From positions 6,304 through 70,303 of the IMG/VR virus record IMGVR_UViG_3300034103_001788: a DNA stretch of 64,000 nucleotides. One strand, given 5' to 3'. Shown piece after piece: positions 57,482-64,000 of the stretch (its first letter is position 1; the number at the start of each line of letters is the position of its first letter). This DNA is from a virus. A model generated the notes under the pieces. That model ran no database searches. It saw only the letters and a list, made by a program, of their open reading frames with translations, and was not told the origin of the DNA. Position numbers and translations under genes: made by a program.

Positions 57482-60400
57482 ATGCCAAACTGGAAAAAAC
57501 TGATTGTATCGGGGTCGGATGCCTCATTAAATTCACTAAATGTTACAAATAATGTAACCGCTCAATCATTCACAGGTTCTTTTTCGGGATCTTTTACTGC
57601 TCCTGGAGCAACAACACAGGTAGTTTACAATAATGGCGGTGTATTAGCCGCAAATTCTGGATTTGTTTATAGCGGATCAAACGTTGGTATTGGAACTACC
57701 AATCCAAGTTACAAACTCAATGTATACGAATCAAATACTGCTGAATACATAAGTGCTAAGTTTCAAACCACCCATCCTAATCTCAACTACATTTTACTAC
57801 AGAATGGTGGAGGTTCTTTCAACCATTATATACAAACCAACTCTGGAACTTTAGGACTTTCAGCGGACGAAAATGGAAGTAGTGGAGTAATACAATTAAA
57901 GACTAACAATGTTATAGCAGTAACAGTAAATACTTCTCAAAATGTTGGTATTGGTACTACAAGTCCTACTTATAAATTAGACTTAGTTGGATCTTATAAA
58001 CAGACTCAAGGTAGTGGAGGAATAGGTTTATACCACATAACAACAGCTAATGCTGACCAAGTAAAAGGAGTATGGGACTTCTACACAAACACAGCTGTTG
58101 CTGCTGATTTCTTTGGAAGATTTGGATTTAAGTTTGAGGGAGGAGTAACTGATGCTGTTAAACAATTTCAAGTACATGTAGCAGATGCCACCACACCTAA
58201 ATTAGTAGTTGCAGGAAGTGGTAACGTAGGTATTGGTACTATTAGTCCGACAGTAAAACTTGATGTTAGCGGAAGTGTAAATATCCGTACTGCAGCCCCA
58301 ACTATTACATTTGACAGAAACGGATCCTATACTTGGAGATTAGTTAATGGGGATGGAGGTACATATCCTGTTTCAACATTCAATATTGCAAACAATGCCG
58401 GAACCGCATCAGCAACATTCTTAGATAACGGAAATGTTGGTATTGGTACTACAACCCCAGCATCTGCTTTACATATTATTGGAAGTAATATTGTTAATAT
58501 TGTTGAAAGCACCAGTAGCGTTTCATATACACAGTACTATAACTCTTCTACAGGTGCTGGAGGTACAAGTGACGGGCTTACTGTAGGTGTTAATGGAACT
58601 AGCGGTGTTATATACTTAAGAGAAAACGCAGATCTCTTTTTCGGTACAGCTGATACTGAAAGAATGCGTATTACTTCTACAGGTAACGTTGGTATTGGTA
58701 CTTCTACCCCAACTAGTAAACTAGACGTTATTGGTAATTCCTACATTAGTGGAAGTTTAAGTGTTAAAACAAATTCAACAGCCGGTACAGGTTTAACAGT
58801 AGGGGGAAGTACAGTACTGTTAAGTTTTGCTGAAATACAGCAGGGAAATACACTTTACCTTTTTAGCTCAGGAAATACTTACTATTCCACTATCCGCCAA
58901 GATAGTCAAAATTTAATTCTTACCCCAGATACAAACGTTGGTATTGGTACTGTTAGTCCTACAGCTAAACTAGAAGTCGCCGGTAACGTTAAAGCAACCT
59001 CATTTACAGGTTCATTCTCCGGATCATTTACAGCACCAGGTTCAACTACTCAGATAGTTTATAATGATAATGGTGTATTAGCTGCAAATAGCGGACTAGT
59101 TTACAGCGGATCAAACGTTGGTATTGGCATTTCATCACCAACAGAAAAATTACACATTGTAAGTTCTGCAACAGGAAACCAGTTTGGACGTATAACTGCT
59201 ACAGATTCAAATTCATCAGCAGCCTGGGTTGCACAAAACGATAGTGGTGATAACGTAGTTTACCGTGTATTTAGTTCCGGAGTAAGTGGAACTCAAATGG
59301 GAGCTGCACTCGGAAGAAGTGCTTCTTTACTTGCTAACCTAGGAGGTTCAGGAGTATTCTTACTTGGTACTTTCTCAAATACAAACTTTGTTCTTGGTAC
59401 AAATAATACCGAGAGAATGCGTATTACGACTGCTGGTGATGTTGGTATTGGTACTACTAGTCCAGAAACAAAACTACACGTTGCTAGTGGAGATGTTTTA
59501 ATAAGTAATGGACAGTATTACTCCGCTGAAGGAAACACAGGAGGAAACTACAAACTGGCCGGAATAACCTCAGGAAACGTTGTAGTTATTGGAGCAATAG
59601 ATTACACAACCGCTGGAACTATTTTTGCCGGTGGAGATAATATTAGTATAACTACAGGAGGTGTTGCTGGAACATCCAGATTAAATATAAATTCAGCAGG
59701 TAACGTTGGTATTGGAACTACTAGTCCGGGATATAAATTAGATGTAGCAGGGTATACAAATACAGCAGGATTTTTCTCTAGAGGGGCTAATATTGGGTTA
59801 GAAACTCAAATAGCTGCATTAGGTACAAACGGGGCATATCAAGCAGGTTATTATTTAGGAGCAACTAATACTGTTTATGCTGCTAGATTGGGGATGGATG
59901 TAAATTCGGGTGATGTTTTAATAAGTGCTGGAAATACGGGTTCATTATCTACATTAGCATACTTTAAAGCAAACGGTAACATAGGTATCGGTACTAGTAG
60001 TCCCGGCTATAAACTAGAAGTAGTAGGTGCAGTTTCTGCCTCAACATACTACGGAGACGGTTCTAACTTAACTAACATTGGATCAGGCTCAGTATCAGCA
60101 GCAGGTTCTGATGGTCAACTACAGTACAATAACAGCGGACTATTTGGAGGTGCATCACGCCTTTATTATAACGATACAACCAACAAAGTTGGTATTGGAA
60201 CATCAAGTCCTGGATATGATTTAGACGTTTCTGGATCCGTAAGAGTACAAGACAAACTTAGAGTAGGTCCTATAAATACAGGTAACGGTGTAATTCATCA
60301 ATCATCAGACGCAACTATTAATGCATCAAGTTCAACTATTGTTTGGTCAGTTCCAGGATCATCAGGAGCTGTAGCCTTTATTGAATATTATATTATTAAC

Positions 60401-60622
60401 ACAGTCACTAGTACCTCTCAACGTGGAGGTAACATTGTAGTAACTTGGAATTCAGCAGGAACTCCTCAAATTACTCATACTGAAACCACAACCCCGGACA
60501 TAGGAACTACAGCTCTTGTTACGTTTACTACCTCGATGGCACTAGGAGGTGACCCACAATTAGTTGCAACAAACACTAGTATAAATCCATTTTATATAGT
60601 TTTAAATTACAGATACTTTTAA
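57482..60622 (+). CDS. long tail fibre with GNVGIGT repeats
   Basis: 1046 aa; ~11 (N/D/K)VGIGT..P..KL.V units; MPNWKKLIVSGS N-terminus. Confidence 0.8.
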   Translation: MPNWKKLIVSGSDASLNSLNVTNNVTAQSFTGSFSGSFTAPGATTQVVYNNGGVLAANSGFVYSGSNVGIGTTNPSYKLNVYESNTAEYISAKFQTTHPNLNYILLQNGGGSFNHYIQTNSGTLGLSADENGSSGVIQLKTNNVIAVTVNTSQNVGIGTTSPTYKLDLVGSYKQTQGSGGIGLYHITTANADQVKGVWDFYTNTAVAADFFGRFGFKFEGGVTDAVKQFQVHVADATTPKLVVAGSGNVGIGTISPTVKLDVSGSVNIRTAAPTITFDRNGSYTWRLVNGDGGTYPVSTFNIANNAGTASATFLDNGNVGIGTTTPASALHIIGSNIVNIVESTSSVSYTQYYNSSTGAGGTSDGLTVGVNGTSGVIYLRENADLFFGTADTERMRITSTGNVGIGTSTPTSKLDVIGNSYISGSLSVKTNSTAGTGLTVGGSTVLLSFAEIQQGNTLYLFSSGNTYYSTIRQDSQNLILTPDTNVGIGTVSPTAKLEVAGNVKATSFTGSFSGSFTAPGSTTQIVYNDNGVLAANSGLVYSGSNVGIGISSPTEKLHIVSSATGNQFGRITATDSNSSAAWVAQNDSGDNVVYRVFSSGVSGTQMGAALGRSASLLANLGGSGVFLLGTFSNTNFVLGTNNTERMRITTAGDVGIGTTSPETKLHVASGDVLISNGQYYSAEGNTGGNYKLAGITSGNVVVIGAIDYTTAGTIFAGGDNISITTGGVAGTSRLNINSAGNVGIGTTSPGYKLDVAGYTNTAGFFSRGANIGLETQIAALGTNGAYQAGYYLGATNTVYAARLGMDVNSGDVLISAGNTGSLSTLAYFKANGNIGIGTSSPGYKLEVVGAVSASTYYGDGSNLTNIGSGSVSAAGSDGQLQYNNSGLFGGASRLYYNDTTNKVGIGTSSPGYDLDVSGSVRVQDKLRVGPINTGNGVIHQSSDATINASSSTIVWSVPGSSGAVAFIEYYIINTVTSTSQRGGNIVVTWNSAGTPQITHTETTTPDIGTTALVTFTTSMALGGDPQLVATNTSINPFYIVLNYRYF

Positions 60623-60669
60623 TATTTATCATTAAACGTCTACCCTGGACAGTGAAAGGGTGAGAAAAT

Positions 60670-63600
60670 ATGGCAAACGAATTTATAGTAAGAAATGGAC
60701 TTATTGTATCAGGATCAGTAAATGTATCTGGATCAGTAATAGCAACATCCTTTACAGGATCATTCTCAGGATCAATCAACCAAGCAGTCTCTGCCTCATA
60801 TGCAGTAACCGCCTCGTATGCCTTCTTTGCCCAAACCCCAACATCACAAGGTGCAACAGGTGCTCAAGGTGCTAATGGTACTCAAGGAACAACAGGTCCA
60901 CAAGGTGGGACTGGTGCTCAAGGAGGAACCGGTGCTCAAGGAGGAACCGGTGCTCAAGGTGGAACCGGATCACAAGGTGGAACTGGACCACAGGGAGGAA
61001 CAGGTGCTCAAGGTGGTACTGGTGCTCAAGGAGGTACGGGACCACAGGGAGGAACAGGACCTCAAGGTGGAACAGGACCTCAAGGTGGAACGGGTACTCA
61101 AGGAACTACAGGTACCCAAGGTATAACAGGACCTCAAGGTACTTCTGCCGCTACCTCAATAACAAATAACACAAATAACTTTGTAGTAACAGCTACCGGA
61201 AACGGTCCAACTCCATTTAATGGAGAGGCAAATCTACAGTTTGATGGAAATAAATTAATGGTTTCCGGATCCGGATCAACATTGTTTGATGTTTTAGGAT
61301 CTCAAGGTCAATTATTCTCTGTAACAGATGATTTAACAGGAACTTTATTTACCGTAAGTGACATTTCAGGTCTACCTATTTTACAAGTGGATGATACTGA
61401 TAAAGTTACTATGGGTACTTTTGGTTTAAACACCTTAGTAGTTTCAGGATCTAACATCTTCACTAACCAATTAGCAAGTACTGCTGATACAACTGTTGTT
61501 ACGTTTAATACAACAACTAAAAAATTAGGTTATAATACAGTAGCAGGTCCACAAGGTTCAACTGGACCACAAGGTGGAACTGGTGCTCAAGGAGGTACTG
61601 GAGCTCAAGGTGGAACTGGAGCCCAAGGAGGTACAGGTCCACAGGGTGGAACAGGTCCTCAAGGCACAACAGGTACACAAGGTGGAACTGGAGCCCAAGG
61701 AGGTACAGGCGCTCAAGGTGGTACTGGTCCTCAAGGAACTACAGGTACTCAAGGTACAACAGGTACTCAAGGAATTACAGGTTCTCAAGGAACAGATGGT
61801 ACTCAAGGTATAACAGGTACACAGGGTGGAACTGGTGCTCAAGGTGGCACTGGTCCTCAAGGTACAACAGGTACCCAAGGCGGAACTGGTGCTCAAGGAG
61901 GTACAGGTTCACAAGGTGGTACTGGTGCTCAAGGTGGCACTGGTCCTCAAGGTACAACTGGTACTCAAGGTACTACTGGTACACAAGGTACACAGGGTAT
62001 CTTCGGACCAGTTGCCGGTTCAGCTAATCAAGTAGTTTATAAAGATGGATCAAACAACCCTGCCGGTTCAAATAACTTTGTGTTTGATGGAACTAATGTA
62101 GGTATTGGTACTGCTAGTCCAAGTGGAAAACTTCACGTAGAAGGTCCTAGCTCAGATGGTGTTCCAGTCTTTAGAATGAACGGTACTACTGCACCAAATA
62201 CATTTAACTATGCTGGTTCACTAATGAATTCCAGTTTAGGATCTAGTCGTAACACAATTTTATTAATTGGTAAAGCAGAAAGCAATAGAGATTCTGGATA
62301 TATTGGATTTAATCATAGTGGAACAAATAGTTCAAATAGTAACTTTTTAACATTTGGCTTATTTGCTAATGATAACATTTTAAATATTACTGGAGCTGGT
62401 AATGTAGGTATTGGTACTACTAGTCCTAATTATAAATTATCAGTGTCAACATCAGGGACATTAGGATTTTCTTTACTTACGTATAATTCAACACCTGGAG
62501 GTCCGCAAATAGACTTGTATGATGCCACTAGATCCCAAGAGACAGTAATTTCATCTACAGATGGAACTACAACAGGTGCTTACGTAGCATCTTATACAAA
62601 TCATCCTTTATTATTTGGAACAAATGCTGCTTCTACACCAACAGCTAAAATGCGCCTTACACCAGGAGGTACCTTAATAGTAGGTGACTCTGCAGTCCCT
62701 TCAGAAAATCCATGGTATGGAACTGCGGTATTTGGTAAAAGCGGAACTGATAAAGTTATAGCCGGTTATTTAACATCGAGTACTAATGGTGCTGTAATTG
62801 GAGGACATAACTCAGGATTAAGCGCTTGGGCGCCTTTTAATATAGTTGGTTCAGAATTAAGATTTAGCATCCAAGAAAATAGAGCCGTAACAATTGATGC
62901 TGCTAGAAACGTAGGTATTGGTACTACTAGTCCTGCTGCACCCCTACACGTATACTCCGCAGGCTCAGGAACAACAATGGTTGTCGGAAGAGCAAGTGGT
63001 AATTCTAGTATTAAAGCTAGTGCAGATGCAAATGGCGGATTTTTATCTTTAGATTCAACAAGTGGTGCCACTATTATAAATCATTATGTAACCGATAATG
63101 TATGGTTAGCAACCGGCGGTGGTAATGTAGGTGTTGGAACCCCATCCCCTACCTCAAAACTCCACGTAGTAGGAAATACAAATATTTCAGGATCAGCAGG
63201 AACCAGTCCAGGCTTACTAGTATACAAATCAGGTTCAACAGTAGTAGATATTCAAGGTTCACAAGGTCAATTATTTTCAATTACAGATGATTTAACCGGA
63301 ACTTTATTCTCAGTAAATAACATTACTGGTTTGCCAGTATTAGAAGTTGATGCAACCAACAAAATAACTATGGGTACTTATGGTGCCAATACTTTAGTTG
63401 TTTCTGGTTCTCAAATTTATGCAAATCAATTAACAAATGATAGTGAAACGGCAGTTGTAACATATAACACAACAACTAAAAAGTTAAGTTATAATACTAT
63501 TGCTGGCCCTCAAGGATCAACCGGACCTCAAGGGGGAACGGGAGCTCAAGGAACAACAGGTACACAAGGTGGAACTGGTGCTCAAGGCGGAACAGGTCCT

Positions 63601-64000
63601 CAAGGAGGTACAGGTCCGCAGGGAGGCACAGGTCCACAAGGTGGTACTGGTCCACAAGGAGGAACCGGACCCCAAGGTGGCACTGGCCCTCAAGGAGGTA
63701 CAGGTCCCCAAGGTACAACAGGTACACAAGGATCAACGGGTCCACAAGGTGGTACTGGTGCTCAAGGAGGTACAGGACCACAGGGTGGTACTGGTCCTCA
63801 AGGAGGTACTGGCCCTCAAGGAACTACCGGAACTCAAGGATCAATAGGACCACAAGGTGGAACTGGACCACAAGGTGGAACTGGACCACAAGGCGGAACA
63901 GGTCCTCAAGGCGGAACAGGTCCTCAAGGAGGTACAGGACCACAGGGTGGTACTGGCCCTCAGGGTGGCACTGGTCCTCAAGGTGGAACAGGACCACAGG
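60670..64000 (+). CDS. collagen-like tail fibre protein (3'-truncated by window end)
   Basis: ATG 60670 [16 protein letters not shown]...; frame 1 appears open to window end; three Gly-X-Y blocks plus NVGIGT units; absent from the track because it has no stop. Confidence 0.85.
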   Translation, partial: MANEFIVRNGLIVSGSVNVSGSVIATSFTGSFSGSINQAVSASYAVTASYAFFAQTPTSQGATGAQGANGTQGTTGPQGGTGAQGGTGAQGGTGAQGGTGSQGGTGPQGGTGAQGGTGAQGGTGPQGGTGPQGGTGPQGGTGTQGTTGTQGITGPQGTSAATSITNNTNNFVVTATGNGPTPFNGEANLQFDGNKLMVSGSGSTLFDVLGSQGQLFSVTDDLTGTLFTVSDISGLPILQVDDTDKVTMGTFGLNTLVVSGSNIFTNQLASTADTTVVTFNTTTKKLGYNTVAGPQGSTGPQGGTGAQGGTGAQGGTGAQGGTGPQGGTGPQGTTGTQGGTGAQGGTGAQGGTGPQGTTGTQGTTGTQGITGSQGTDGTQGITGTQGGTGAQGGTGPQGTTGTQGGTGAQGGTGSQGGTGAQGGTGPQGTTGTQGTTGTQGTQGIFGPVAGSANQVVYKDGSNNPAGSNNFVFDGTNVGIGTASPSGKLHVEGPSSDGVPVFRMNGTTAPNTFNYAGSLMNSSLGSSRNTILLIGKAESNRDSGYIGFNHSGTNSSNSNFLTFGLFANDNILNITGAGNVGIGTTSPNYKLSVSTSGTLGFSLLTYNSTPGGPQIDLYDATRSQETVISSTDGTTTGAYVASYTNHPLLFGTNAASTPTAKMRLTPGGTLIVGDSAVPSENPWYGTAVFGKSGTDKVIAGYLTSSTNGAVIGGHNSGLSAWAPFNIVGSELRFSIQENRAVTIDAARNVGIGTTSPAAPLHVYSAGSGTTMVVGRASGNSSIKASADANGGFLSLDSTSGATIINHYVTDNVWLATGGGNVGVGTPSPTSKLHVVGNTNISGSAGTSPGLLVYKSGSTVVDIQGSQGQLFSITDDLTGTLFSVNNITGLPVLEVDATNKITMGTYGANTLVVSGSQIYANQLTNDSETAVVTYNTTTKKLSYNTIAGPQGSTGPQGGTGAQGTTGTQGGTGAQGGTGPQGGTGPQGGTGPQGGTGPQGGTGPQGGTGPQGGTGPQGTTGTQGSTGPQGGTGAQGGTGPQGGTGPQGGTGPQGTTGTQGSIGPQGGTGPQGGTGPQGGTGPQGGTGPQGGTGPQGGTGPQGGTGPQGGTGPQ
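60850..61140 (+). repeat. collagen Gly-X-Y repeat block 1
   Basis: ([12 protein letters not shown])n, 18-bp degenerate units. Confidence 0.9.
61546..62010 (+). repeat. collagen Gly-X-Y repeat block 2
   Basis: ([12 protein letters not shown])n. Confidence 0.9.
63505..64000 (+). repeat. collagen Gly-X-Y repeat block 3 (continues past window)
   Basis: (GGTGPQ)n. Confidence 0.9.

Noticed and set aside
6756-58512. Other short minus-strand or nested ORFs in the track (e.g. 6756, 7948, 12642, 16067, 37742, 41489, 47120, 51471)
   Set aside because: All overlap well-supported plus-strand genes and lack recognisable motifs or upstream signals.
60576-63847. Short ORFs in alternative frames and strands over the collagen region
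   Set aside because: Frame shadows of the Gly-X-Y repeats; the real gene is the frame-1 ORF from 60670.
57482-64000. Diversity-generating retroelement acting on tail fibres
   Set aside because: No reverse transcriptase in the window, and the duplicated blocks differ at all base types rather than only at adenines.
1-64000. Alternative genetic code (stop-codon reassignment)
   Set aside because: Core genes are full-length under the standard code, and TAA, TAG and TGA all end genes at sensible boundaries.
1-64000. tRNA or rRNA genes
   Set aside because: Intergenic spaces are short and I found no cloverleaf or T-loop (GTTCGA) context in them.

Overview
This is a 64-kb, AT-rich, almost entirely plus-strand segment of a large T4-like (myovirus-type, probably jumbo) phage genome. 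A Bacteroidota host is inferred from the near absence of Shine-Dalgarno sequences, A-rich starts and a Gln directly after a predicted signal peptide. Gene order: baseplate genes (0.2-14 kb); a ~26-kb accessory region (14.5-40.5 kb) of putative head-packaged proteins interleaved with a primase, PD-(D/E)XK nuclease, metallophosphoesterase, FAD oxidoreductase and P-loop kinase; a putative lysis pair; terminase, portal, prohead protease, scaffold and major capsid; PhoH; neck and tail-completion genes; and tail fibres, the last collagen-like and running off the window. The most striking signal is a candidate modular virion-cargo system. A 10-residue tag, E-[IV]-K-x-x-P-x-N-T-G, occurs about 17 times, usually right after a prohead-protease-like ..xE site and at the boundary of a ~70-160 aa module. 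Paralogous modules recur in different carrier proteins. Many carriers have conserved N-terminal leaders (MDNFDLKxFLxxNKLTENS..., MIKLIDILNE) resembling capsid-targeting peptides, some fused to enzymes (kinase-like, P-loop kinase, nucleotidyltransferase, zincin). Also seen: a TATTTATA putative late promoter, TTGG-N17-TATATT promoters built into terminators, a candidate ~80-nt small RNA and several structured 5' leaders. All functional calls come from motif recognition by eye; no database searches were run.
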